Origin: Pseudomonadota bacterium
GTDB lineage: Bacteria > Pseudomonadota > Alphaproteobacteria > MPNO01 > UBA2964
Reading direction: 5' to 3'
DNA: 39,462 bases
Assembly (NCBI GenBank): GCA_027624735.1
Contig: JAQBTY010000003.1
Location: forward strand, 1-39,462
Shown here one piece after another: positions 26,118 through 35,236 of the stretch. Both the position numbers and the translations under genes were made by a program. The notes beneath the pieces are model-generated. The model saw only the letters and a list, made by a program, of their open reading frames with translations. It was not told the origin of the DNA and did no database searches. Within the stretch, counting starts at the first letter, position 1, and every line of letters begins with the position of its first letter.

Positions 26118-26948
26118 ATGCCGACGGCCGCGATTATGAAGAAATCGAACATTGTTCGGGTGTTGCTGGTCCTCATGGCAATGTCGCCGTCATCCATGGC
26201 TGCAATTTATTCAGCCGTGACCGGCCCGAACACAGGCGCTCCCGCTATACATGCCTTCAAGCCATCGGACGTTATTTTTCCTGGATTTATACAAACAGAT
26301 TTAAGGCAGCGACCGGAGGATAACCGAGGATTTTCCGGGTTCCTGGAGGAGGTCCGCAATGCTGTCAATTCGACCAGGGGGGGAGCTTCTTTGACGGATC
26401 GGGCCGAGGACGCATCCCTGGCAAACAGAAGAAGAGACAAGGGCCAATCCCGGAACGCCACCTATGAATCTTCCACTCCGATAAAGCTGGAGCCAAATTC
26501 GAGCACCGGAGCCACGACCGAGGTATATCTGGGCGTCAGTGTAAAACAAATTGTGAGTGAAATTCCGCCTGCCGGAACGATCATCCTGGAACGCCCAACA
26601 AACGGCACCACGGAAAATCGCGCTCGGGGAAAAGGATCGTATTCAGGGTCGGTCAAAGGTGGGGCGCTGGGCAGCGGCGGTAGCTGGCTTCGCGGAGGCT
26701 TTTTGTCGACAGGGGAGGCAAACGGTCTTTCGGGTTTCGGGTTTGACCTGCAGCCCATGTCCTTTCCGACCGATCAGGGAACCGGAGCAATTTTCGGTGC
26801 GGGACCTGGCGAGATCGAAGTCACCAAAGGCTTAAAAGCCCTTCGAAGGATAGTCCTGGATTTGGTCTTCAACCCGTTTGTCTATTTTGGCGGTCTGATC
26901 ATTGCCGTCTTCATGTTTATGGCGCGGTTCCGGAGCACATCGGCCTAA
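26118..26948 (+). CDS. Hypothetical exported protein with a C-terminal membrane anchor
   Basis: Fills the gap between two clear genes. Signal-peptide-like MKKSNIVRVLLVLMAMSPSSMA (possible start at 26136), Gly/Ser/Thr-rich body, C-terminal hydrophobic helix and basic tail. Confidence 0.55.
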   Translation: MPTAAIMKKSNIVRVLLVLMAMSPSSMAAIYSAVTGPNTGAPAIHAFKPSDVIFPGFIQTDLRQRPEDNRGFSGFLEEVRNAVNSTRGGASLTDRAEDASLANRRRDKGQSRNATYESSTPIKLEPNSSTGATTEVYLGVSVKQIVSEIPPAGTIILERPTNGTTENRARGKGSYSGSVKGGALGSGGSWLRGGFLSTGEANGLSGFGFDLQPMSFPTDQGTGAIFGAGPGEIEVTKGLKALRRIVLDLVFNPFVYFGGLIIAVFMFMARFRSTSA

Positions 26949-26968
26949 ATCATTTTCACGCTGTCCGA

Positions 26969-28087
26969 TCACCCACTACATTGCACGAGACATTTTGTCA
27001 CCGTCGCGTCGGAGAGAAGCGTACAGCCGTTTTCGGTTACCGCGACCATATCCTTGTTCTGCAGACCGAAACCGTAACCCGTCCGGTAGATAAGCGGTTC
27101 AATACCGAGCACCATCCCCGCTTCCAATGCACAATCGTTCTGGGCGCCAAGATACGGATCCTCATGCAGATGAAGGCCGATGCCATGGCCGACAAATGCA
27201 ATGGGCGGCATGTTCAGCGGGGCTATCATTTTCAGATATGCATCATAAATATCGCGGGTGCTGGCGCCCGGCTTGATGATCTCCAGCAACATTTGCGTCG
27301 CATCGCTTAACAGAGCCCATATGCGTTCCGCGTGCTCAGGCGGCTCACCGACATAGGCCGACCGGCAGACACCCGCGTGGTATCCGTTCAGGATCGAGAA
27401 GATTTCGACACGGCAGATATCTCCTGACGCCAAAATCCGATCGCTGGGACCGACATTGGGCAACTGGCTGCGCTCGCCGGTCGCAATGATCATGAATTTG
27501 AAATCCTCGGCGCCCCGCGCATAAATACCGCGCGTCAGATCCGCGGCAATCTGCATTTCCGAAATGCCGACATCTGCCACCGCCAGCGCATCCTTGATGC
27601 TCTGATCGGAAATGCGCGACAGACGATGCAGCAGATCAAGCTCCCTGCCGGTCTTGATCATCCGCGCCCGATTGAACAAATCCTGGGCCGCGACGAAATC
27701 GATTTTGGGCAACTCGCTGTTCAATATATTCAGATCGCGCGCCGGCAGATAATCGGTCTCGATTCCCACCCGCCCCTGGGTCAGCGATAACTCACGCAGC
27801 AGCTCGGCAAAGACCGCCATCGAGGAATCGGTAAATTCACCCCAGCTTTTCAGCGGCACACCGGGCAGCCGGGCTGAGACAGTGGATTCTTCCATATCAA
27901 CCGTGAATGCAGCCACTGTTGCGTCGGGTTTGACGACCAGCATGCTGTGCCGCCAGCGCAGCACATGATGGGAGGGCACGACGAACCCTGCCAGGTAGGC
28001 GAAATTTTCCGGGCTGGTCGCGATGATGGCGTCGAGCCCGTTTTCTGCCGCGATTGACGCGATTTTTTTCAATATGTCCTTATTCAT
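26969..28087 (-). CDS. M24 (pita-bread fold) hydrolase, creatinase / ectoine hydrolase-like
   Basis: N-terminal creatinase/prolidase domain (GLDAIIAT.PEN..YLAG), RMIKT..E, GHGIGL.LHE.P and LEAGMVLGIEP. Overlaps the upstream stop by 8 bp. Confidence 0.85.
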   Translation of the reverse strand: MNKDILKKIASIAAENGLDAIIATSPENFAYLAGFVVPSHHVLRWRHSMLVVKPDATVAAFTVDMEESTVSARLPGVPLKSWGEFTDSSMAVFAELLRELSLTQGRVGIETDYLPARDLNILNSELPKIDFVAAQDLFNRARMIKTGRELDLLHRLSRISDQSIKDALAVADVGISEMQIAADLTRGIYARGAEDFKFMIIATGERSQLPNVGPSDRILASGDICRVEIFSILNGYHAGVCRSAYVGEPPEHAERIWALLSDATQMLLEIIKPGASTRDIYDAYLKMIAPLNMPPIAFVGHGIGLHLHEDPYLGAQNDCALEAGMVLGIEPLIYRTGYGFGLQNKDMVAVTENGCTLLSDATVTKCLVQCSG

Positions 28088-30392
28088 ATTTTACACCACC
28101 AGCGTTTTGCGCTTCAGACAAGGCGCACCATATACGTTCCGGTGTCGCCGGCATGTCCACATCCCGGGCGCCGTGGCGCGCCAGGGCATCGGATACCGCA
28201 CACATCACCGCGGGCAGGGCGCCCACCGTACCGGCCTCGCCTGCGCCTTTAACACCCAACGGATTGAGCGCTGTCGGCACCGCGTTCGACCCAGTCTTGA
28301 TGGCACAGACATCTTCGGCCCGCGGCATGGCGTAATCCAGGAACGACCCGGTCAGTATCTGGCCGCTGTGGGGATCAAACCGGATGGCTTCAAGGACCGC
28401 CTGTCCGATGCCCTGAACGACACCGCCCTGTATCTGGCCTTCCAGCAGAAGCGGATTGAGCACCGTGCCGACGTCATCGACCGTCGCATAGCGGGCGATC
28501 GCCACCTGGCCGGTCTCGGGATCGATTTCCACCTCACATACATGGGTGCCGTTTGGAAAGGTCGGCGAGGACGGCGTGAACAAAGCGTCAGCCGATAGAC
28601 CGGACGCCGCCGCGACCACCTGCTCAATCGTGACAACACGGTCGGTACCGGCAACCCGGAAACGCCCCGCATCGAATTCGATGTCCGCGACTGCCGCCTC
28701 CAGCAGAGAGGCCGCCACAATTTTTCCGGCTTCGATTATTTTTTCAACGGCCAGAATGGCCGCGCTGCCGCCGGTAACCGCCGACCGGGAATTGAACGTG
28801 CCCATACCGGTGGCAACAGCGTCACTATCGCCATCCTGTATCCGGACCTTTGCGGGATCGAGACCCAGCGCTGGGCATACGAGCTGCCGATAGATAGTGG
28901 CATGGCCCTGTCCCTGCCCCGCGGTGCCGACGGCGATCGTGGCACACCCGCCTGGCTCTAGCCGGATTTCGGCGCCTTCGGGGCTGGGCCGGGCGGTCTG
29001 TTCGATCGCGTTGCTGATCCCAAGCCCCCGCAAACGGCCGCGCCGGCGCGCTTCTTCGCGGCGCGCGTCAAACCCCGCCATATCCGCAAGCTCGATGGCC
29101 GCATCCATGGTGCGTTCAAACGCACCACAATCATAGACGAGCCCAACCCCGGTATTGTGAGGAAAAGCATCCTCGCCGATAAGATTGCGCCGCCTCAGCG
29201 CCACGCGACCGATGTCCAGCGCGCGCGCCGCCTTGTCGATCAGGCGCTCGAGTATATAGGCCGCCTCGGGGCCCCCGGCGCCACGGTAGGGAGAGGTTGG
29301 ATTGGTATTCGAACAAACCCCTGCAACTGAAACATCGAGCGCCGGAATGTCATATACGCCGGACAAGAGCGCCAGCGTATTCAAAGGCGCCCGCGGTCCC
29401 TTGATGGCGGGGTAGGCGCCTAAATTGACCATTGCGGAAACGCGGAGCGCCAGAAACCTGCCGCTCGTGTCAAGCGCCAGACTGGCCTCGCTAACCGCGT
29501 CACGGCCATGATCGTCGCCTACAAATCCCTCGCTGCGCGAGGCAACCCATTTCACCGGGCGACCGAGCCGGCGCGCGGCCCACAGGACGCAAATCAACTC
29601 CGGATAGAGCGGGCCGCGCAGCCCGAAGCTGCCGCCGATATCTCCGGTGACGACACGAATCCGGGCCGGTTCCACGCCGAAAATGTATTTGGCTAGCTGG
29701 TCGCGGATGCCGTGTGGACTTTGCACGCCGCCGCGCAGGGTGTAGCGCGCCTCGCCCGCATCATAGAAGCCGATATAACCGCGGGGTTCCAGGGTACTGG
29801 CCGAAACCCGCTGGTTTACCAGGGCCTGATGTATGATATGGGCGGCTTTCCCAAATGCCTCATCGACAGCCTGACGATTACCTTCCTGAGCATAGAAAAT
29901 TTCATTGTTGGGGCATTCATCCCAAATTCTTGTCGCGTCTTCGGCGACAGCCTGTTCAATCCCGGTGACGGGGGTGAGGGGCTGGTACTCGATCACGACG
30001 CGGTCGGCAGCTTCTTCGGCAATCTCGGCTGTTTCGGCAATCACCATGGCGGTGCAGTCACCCATGTACCGGACACGATCGCTGGCCAGAGCCGGGTGCG
30101 GCGGTACCACCATGGGAGATCCGTCGCGTCTTCGGCATTCATCGAGACAGGGTATCGGGCCAATCCCGTCGGCTCGGTAATCCGCCCCTGTCAGCACGGC
30201 GAGGACTCCGGGCAGCAACATAGCCCGGTCTACATCGACAGCGATAATCCTGGCATGGGGATGCGGCGAGCGGATCATGACGGCCCGAGCCATGTCGGGC
30301 TCATCCCAATCGTCAAGAAACAACCCGCCGCCGGTCAGCAGGCGCTCGTCCTCGCTGCGTCTGACCGGCTCACCGGGCAAAAACAGTGCCAT
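28080..30392 (-). CDS. Xanthine dehydrogenase family molybdopterin-binding large subunit (CoxL form II-like)
   Basis: RRSEDERLLTG.G, RSPHPHARI, GGSFG, YRGAG, GQGHAT, GQIQGG..QGIG and KGAGE. Start trimmed from 30665 to the ATG at 30392. Confidence 0.9.
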   Translation of the reverse strand: MALFLPGEPVRRSEDERLLTGGGLFLDDWDEPDMARAVMIRSPHPHARIIAVDVDRAMLLPGVLAVLTGADYRADGIGPIPCLDECRRRDGSPMVVPPHPALASDRVRYMGDCTAMVIAETAEIAEEAADRVVIEYQPLTPVTGIEQAVAEDATRIWDECPNNEIFYAQEGNRQAVDEAFGKAAHIIHQALVNQRVSASTLEPRGYIGFYDAGEARYTLRGGVQSPHGIRDQLAKYIFGVEPARIRVVTGDIGGSFGLRGPLYPELICVLWAARRLGRPVKWVASRSEGFVGDDHGRDAVSEASLALDTSGRFLALRVSAMVNLGAYPAIKGPRAPLNTLALLSGVYDIPALDVSVAGVCSNTNPTSPYRGAGGPEAAYILERLIDKAARALDIGRVALRRRNLIGEDAFPHNTGVGLVYDCGAFERTMDAAIELADMAGFDARREEARRRGRLRGLGISNAIEQTARPSPEGAEIRLEPGGCATIAVGTAGQGQGHATIYRQLVCPALGLDPAKVRIQDGDSDAVATGMGTFNSRSAVTGGSAAILAVEKIIEAGKIVAASLLEAAVADIEFDAGRFRVAGTDRVVTIEQVVAAASGLSADALFTPSSPTFPNGTHVCEVEIDPETGQVAIARYATVDDVGTVLNPLLLEGQIQGGVVQGIGQAVLEAIRFDPHSGQILTGSFLDYAMPRAEDVCAIKTGSNAVPTALNPLGVKGAGEAGTVGALPAVMCAVSDALARHGARDVDMPATPERIWCALSEAQNAGGVKYE

Positions 30393-30441
30393 GGCCGCTT
30401 CCCCGCCTAAGCTGTTTTTTCGACCCGCCGGAACTGACGGC

Positions 30442-31227
30442 TCAGTTCGCGGCGCGCCTTTCCTTCGGCAAGTTTGGATCGCCAATTTCCTGCGCGGCGG
30501 CAAGCTTGTTGGAAAAATAATCGAAAAACAGACCGAGATTTCGTCCTTCGCCCATGGTCTTTGCCTTGCGGGCCAGCTCGTCGTCATCCGGCCAGTCATA
30601 GGCCAGACCCGATGCGGCAATTTCGAGCTGCTGTTGGCAGGCAACCTCCAGATTGACGCCGACAATGGTCATTTTCTCAATCGATTCGCCGCAGAACACC
30701 ACGCCGTGATTGCGCAGAAAGACGGCATAATGGTCGCCGAGAATATCCGCCATGTCGTCGCCGACGCCCATGTCGCGGATTAGCTCCGAGGTCCGCGTGT
30801 AGCGCGGCGGCGGCGCCGCGAAATAGCTGCCGGCGTTGGACAGCGCGCGCAACGGCTCGCTAGTGCAGGAAAATACCGTCCCATACCGCGGATGTGTGTG
30901 GGCGCTGGCATTGATGTCGGGGCGGGCCTTGTAGATTCCCATATGAATGGGCCACTCGCTATGGCGCTTGTTGCCGTCGCCATAGAGCAGATTGCCGTCG
31001 AAATCGAGAAGCTGGTGATCGTTCCAGTCCTGCACTTCGCCCAGCGTGAGACCCCAGCGCTTTATCCAGATTCCGCGTCCTTCCGGATCGCGCATCGCAA
31101 GATGCCCGAGGGTGAAATTGCCATGCCCTTCCATTTCGAGAATTCGGCTGGCTAGCGCCAGTCTGTCGAGCGACTCCCTTAACTCCGGTGATACATCGAT
31201 GGTATTCGACTGTGTGTGCGCCGCCAT
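30442..31227 (-). CDS. Class II aldolase/adducin family protein
   Basis: GH...R, SEWPIH..IY.ARPD, and Zn-binding HTH and LRNHG. GGAG RBS. Confidence 0.88.
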   Translation of the reverse strand: MAAHTQSNTIDVSPELRESLDRLALASRILEMEGHGNFTLGHLAMRDPEGRGIWIKRWGLTLGEVQDWNDHQLLDFDGNLLYGDGNKRHSEWPIHMGIYKARPDINASAHTHPRYGTVFSCTSEPLRALSNAGSYFAAPPPRYTRTSELIRDMGVGDDMADILGDHYAVFLRNHGVVFCGESIEKMTIVGVNLEVACQQQLEIAASGLAYDWPDDDELARKAKTMGEGRNLGLFFDYFSNKLAAAQEIGDPNLPKERRAAN

Positions 31228-31435
31228 TTCCGAACTCTCCCTGTTTCACGTATTACGGTTGGATAGGGGATTGTAGATCACCGGACCGCGCCTTCCAACG
31301 TCGATCGCGACCAAAATTTCCGGGTAATCGGCTATCGGGGTCTATCCGTTAGTTTTCAGGCTTTTACTGTTTTTTAACCACGAAGAAACACTCTGTAAAT
31401 CGCGTAAATCGGCGATTTTCGGCAATTGCGCGCGG

Positions 31436-33838
31436 TTGCTGTGGGAAGAGTTCTTAATAATCGTGTTTCGACATTGGCCAAGACTGGCGATCAACCTCAT
31501 CGCGGTGTCCGTGTTCACGGCCGGATGTGTCGTCACGCCCGACCCGATTGAAAATCAGGGCCACGTCGAGCGATCACGGCAAGATTTGAGCAAACTACGG
31601 TCGATCGAATTCGTTCCGACAAAACCAATAAAGCTGCATGAAGCCATGGCGCGCGCGGTCTCCTTTAATCTCCGACACCGCGTTGCACAGATCGAGCGCG
31701 ACATCGCCAACGCCGAGCTGGAAAAAAATAATTTCGAAATGCTCCCAACGTTTGACCTCAACGCCTCTCGTGACAGAAAAAACGTCAACATTTCAAATAC
31801 CGACGATCGCATATCCAATACAGCGAGCGCGACCTTTGCCTGGAATATACTTGATCTTGGCGTTAGCTATGCACGCGCCAACCAGCAGGCGGATGAAGTG
31901 CTCATCAAGCAGGAACAGGAACGCAAGGCTCTGCAAGATATCATCCGGCAGGTGAATGCTGCCTTTTGGCGAGCCGCGGCCGGCCAGCGGCTTCTGACAA
32001 AGGTCCATTCCATCGCGCGCGATCTTCAAGTTGCCATGGAGGCATCCCGCGAAATGGAGCGCACAAGAGCAACCGACGTTATTTCCGCGGTTTCGTTCCG
32101 GCGCACGATCGTTGAATCGGTCAAACAGGCCCTCGCCATCAGGCGCGAACTGCAGGAAGCAAAGTCGGAGCTTGCCGAACTTCTCAATATCCGACCGGGC
32201 ACGGACTTTGAGCTGGCACAGCCGGCAATGAACGTCAGTTTGCCCCGGCTCCCCATGTCGATTGAGAATCTGGAGGTTTTCGCCCTGGAGAATCGGCCGG
32301 AACTTCGTGTCGAAAAATATAATGAGCGTATCGGCAACTGGCAGGCGCGCGAAGCCTTATACAATTTGCTGCCTGGACTGAAGGTCAGCGCCGGTCAGAA
32401 CTACAACAGCGAATCGGCCAATCTGTCTCCAAACTGGATCAGCACCGGCGTGAATATGGGCATGAATTTGTTCAGTCTCTTTTCCGGATCCAGTGAATAC
32501 GAGATTGCCGAAGGCAAGGCAGAGCTGGCGCGCCGACAGCGGCTTGCCCTGTCACTGGCCGTATTGACCCAGGTGCATATGTCACGGATCAAATTCCAAA
32601 GCGCGGCGCAGCAAATGCGCCTGGCGCACGAGATCGCGGAATCCGACCGGTCGTTGACCCAACTGCTGCGCACCGACGGGCAGTTTCTCAACAACGATTA
32701 TTTCGAAGCGGTTAGCCTGTCGACCCAGCAACTTCAGTCGGAGATGAACGAACAGCGTTCATACGTGGATCTGGTGTCGGCCCATGCGGACCTCATGCAT
32801 GCTGTCGGGCTAGATTTGTTCCTGGACACCGTGCCTTTCAACGACATTCCCGCGCTCAGCGACGCTATCCGGGCGATGATGGCGCAGTGGACCATATCCG
32901 ACGGAACCGCGACGGAGCCAGCCATCGCCCTGCCACTGGACCAGTTGGTCAACAGCATGATTTCGGTGGACAGCCGCGCTGATACTTTGATCTCTACGGC
33001 AACAACAACTCACCCGGCAATACATCTGTCCAGGAAGACAGGTGCGTCGCCTGCTGAAACGCTTTTCACAACGGGCATACGTGAAGAAACCGAACTTGCG
33101 GCATCACTGCCGGAAATCTTTCGGCCGACCAGTCAGACCATATTAAATGATCGCCAGCCTGACGATATGGATGGGGCACCCGAAAGCGGCCAAAATACCG
33201 GCGACATCTCACCGATCGGCGCGGCGCGGCGCAATAGCGCACAGCCAGAAAATGACCTGCCCCCTGAAACTATCGAGAAGCTGAATAAAATTGCCCCATC
33301 GAGCCAGGCTAATCCCTCTGAGACAACGACAGACGTCGTAGACCGGAAAGTTCCTATTCGGCCGCTAAAATTAGGGCCACCCTCTACAAGCGGCGGCCGG
33401 GATGAGACACCGGCAACGAGCCAAACCACCGTCGGGAACACACGGGTCAGCGCAAAAAAACACAACGGCGCACTATCGAAAAAAGACCTAAACCGGGCAA
33501 CCGTCGAACGGATGACCAGAATTAGGCGGTCGAGCCCGGTCAATCCCTCGGAGACAAGGTCACACCCCGTCGACTGGGAATTCTCTACTCAGTCTCTGAA
33601 ATTAGGATCACGTTATACAGTCGGCGGCCGGGATGAGACCGCAGGAACCAGCCAAACGCGCGTCAGGAATTCACCGGCCGGCGCGGCAAAACACATCGGC
33701 ACACAGCCAAAGGAAAACATCATCCCAGAAACCATCGAGCGGCTGAACGGAATCGCGCCATCGAGCCGGGGCAATCCCTCAGAGACAAATCCAAAGCCGA
33801 TCGTCTGGGAATTTTTCGTTCCGGCTTCGAAATTGTGA
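31436..33838 (+). CDS. TolC-family outer membrane lipoprotein with a long repetitive C-terminal extension
   Basis: Lipobox FTAGC (true start probably the GTG at 31463), AMARAV..N, WNILDLGVSY.RA.QQAD, LAELLNI.PG and AL.NRPELR. Convergent with the T1SS genes. Confidence 0.85.
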   Translation: MLWEEFLIIVFRHWPRLAINLIAVSVFTAGCVVTPDPIENQGHVERSRQDLSKLRSIEFVPTKPIKLHEAMARAVSFNLRHRVAQIERDIANAELEKNNFEMLPTFDLNASRDRKNVNISNTDDRISNTASATFAWNILDLGVSYARANQQADEVLIKQEQERKALQDIIRQVNAAFWRAAAGQRLLTKVHSIARDLQVAMEASREMERTRATDVISAVSFRRTIVESVKQALAIRRELQEAKSELAELLNIRPGTDFELAQPAMNVSLPRLPMSIENLEVFALENRPELRVEKYNERIGNWQAREALYNLLPGLKVSAGQNYNSESANLSPNWISTGVNMGMNLFSLFSGSSEYEIAEGKAELARRQRLALSLAVLTQVHMSRIKFQSAAQQMRLAHEIAESDRSLTQLLRTDGQFLNNDYFEAVSLSTQQLQSEMNEQRSYVDLVSAHADLMHAVGLDLFLDTVPFNDIPALSDAIRAMMAQWTISDGTATEPAIALPLDQLVNSMISVDSRADTLISTATTTHPAIHLSRKTGASPAETLFTTGIREETELAASLPEIFRPTSQTILNDRQPDDMDGAPESGQNTGDISPIGAARRNSAQPENDLPPETIEKLNKIAPSSQANPSETTTDVVDRKVPIRPLKLGPPSTSGGRDETPATSQTTVGNTRVSAKKHNGALSKKDLNRATVERMTRIRRSSPVNPSETRSHPVDWEFSTQSLKLGSRYTVGGRDETAGTSQTRVRNSPAGAAKHIGTQPKENIIPETIERLNGIAPSSRGNPSETNPKPIVWEFFVPASKL
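33263..33835 (+). repeat. Degenerate 231-bp (77-aa) intragenic tandem repeat, about 2.5 copies
   Basis: Units start at 33263, 33494 and 33725: PETIEKLNKIAPSSQANPSET / RATVERMTRIRRSSPVNPSET / PETIERLNGIAPSSRGNPSET. LKLG...GGRDET..TSQT recurs with the same period. Confidence 0.85.
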
Positions 33839-33895
33839 ACGCCGTCCCGGATGGGCTGGCAACATTTGGTTCGATAAGGCGCGTCAACCCGCCGC

Positions 33896-35236
33896 CTACC
33901 GTTCGGAAAAGGCCCTGTCTAGAGACTGGAAGATAGGCCGCAGCAGATACCGCAACAGGGTGCGTTCCCCGGTGATGATATCGACCTCGGCCACCATGCC
34001 GGGCAGAACCAAATTTTCACCCGGTTTATCGCCGACATAATTCTTATTCAGCTTGATCTCCGCCCGGTAGTAAATTTCGTCCTGACGGTCCTTGAAGGTC
34101 GTGGCGGAAATCTTGGTGACCTCGCCTTCCAGCTCGCCAAACCGCGCAACGTCAAAGGTGGTCACTTTGACAGCGGCCTTTTGGCCGGGCGATATATGGC
34201 CAATATCGATCGGCGATACCCGGGCTTCGACAACCAGTTCCTGATTGACCGGTACGATTTCCGTGATGAGCCCGCCGGGTGTGACGACGCCGCCTATGGT
34301 GTGGACGGTCAAGCCCTTCACGATACCGCGAACCGGCGCGCGAACATCGACCCGCGCCGCACGGTCCTTCGCCCGGACAATGAGTTCACGTATACCAGCC
34401 ATCTCGGCGGAAATCTTGCCTGATTCGCCGAGAGCATCATTGTGCCGCGATGAATCAAGACGTTGCATCTTGCCACTGGCCTCCTCTATGGCACTTCGGG
34501 CGCGGTCAATTTTACCTTTGATCTCGGCGCTCTCACCGACGGCGCCCTCATAGTATTCAAGGGTCTGCAAATAGACGATCCTCGATACCAGGCCGCGCTT
34601 GACCAGCGATTCATGCATGTTTTTCTGTTTGGCCAGATTGGCGATACGGCTTTTGAGCCGGCTGGCCTGACGCCGCAGCACATCAAGCTCTGATTTGCGC
34701 TGGGCACGCTGAAACAGCAGTACCTCTCGCTCGTTTGCGAGCGCCTGGTTTTGCTGGCGCAAGATCGCCAGTTCCTCGCGGACGCTTAACTGGTGGCGCG
34801 CCTCTATATGATCGAACTTCGGTTTGCGGTTCTCCGCGAAGGCACGCAGCCGTTCGCGGCGTGTCTCCAGCGCCGCGTAGCGGGCTTCCATTTCGTCCAA
34901 CTGAGCGAAGGACGTCGTCGAGTCAAGCCGCGCCAGAACATCGCCTTTTTCCACCAGGTCGCCGTCACGAACCAGGATCTGGGAAACGATGCCCCCTTCG
35001 AGGTGCTGAATCGCCATGACCGAACCGCTCGGAACGACCTCGCCCGATGCCTTTGTGGTTTCGGTCAGGGTGGTTATGGCAGTCCATCCGATAAACACGA
35101 AGATGCTGAGCGTAATCGTCAGCAGCAACAGGCGGACGATCCTTGGCGGACCGACTTCTTCGAGAATGACCGATTGGGACAGGTGCCGCAGCTGACGGGC
35201 GTCGCCAAGGCGGGAGGGTGAAATCGGGCTGCTCAT
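33896..35236 (-). CDS. HlyD-family type I secretion periplasmic adaptor subunit
   Basis: Single N-terminal TM, IQHLEGGIV, coiled coil, RAPVRGIV, GGVV.PG, PGMVAEVDI.TG.RT and YLLRP. Confidence 0.93.
   Translation of the reverse strand: MSSPISPSRLGDARQLRHLSQSVILEEVGPPRIVRLLLLTITLSIFVFIGWTAITTLTETTKASGEVVPSGSVMAIQHLEGGIVSQILVRDGDLVEKGDVLARLDSTTSFAQLDEMEARYAALETRRERLRAFAENRKPKFDHIEARHQLSVREELAILRQQNQALANEREVLLFQRAQRKSELDVLRRQASRLKSRIANLAKQKNMHESLVKRGLVSRIVYLQTLEYYEGAVGESAEIKGKIDRARSAIEEASGKMQRLDSSRHNDALGESGKISAEMAGIRELIVRAKDRAARVDVRAPVRGIVKGLTVHTIGGVVTPGGLITEIVPVNQELVVEARVSPIDIGHISPGQKAAVKVTTFDVARFGELEGEVTKISATTFKDRQDEIYYRAEIKLNKNYVGDKPGENLVLPGMVAEVDIITGERTLLRYLLRPIFQSLDRAFSER

Noticed and set aside
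28080-30392. Calling the Mo protein aerobic CO dehydrogenase CoxL
   Set aside because: It lacks the AYxCSFR Cu-binding loop, and no coxM/coxS or accessory genes are present.
30393-30665. 91-aa N-terminal extension on the Mo-hydroxylase ORF
   Set aside because: It overlaps the aldolase gene in another frame; family similarity starts at MALFLPGEPVRR.
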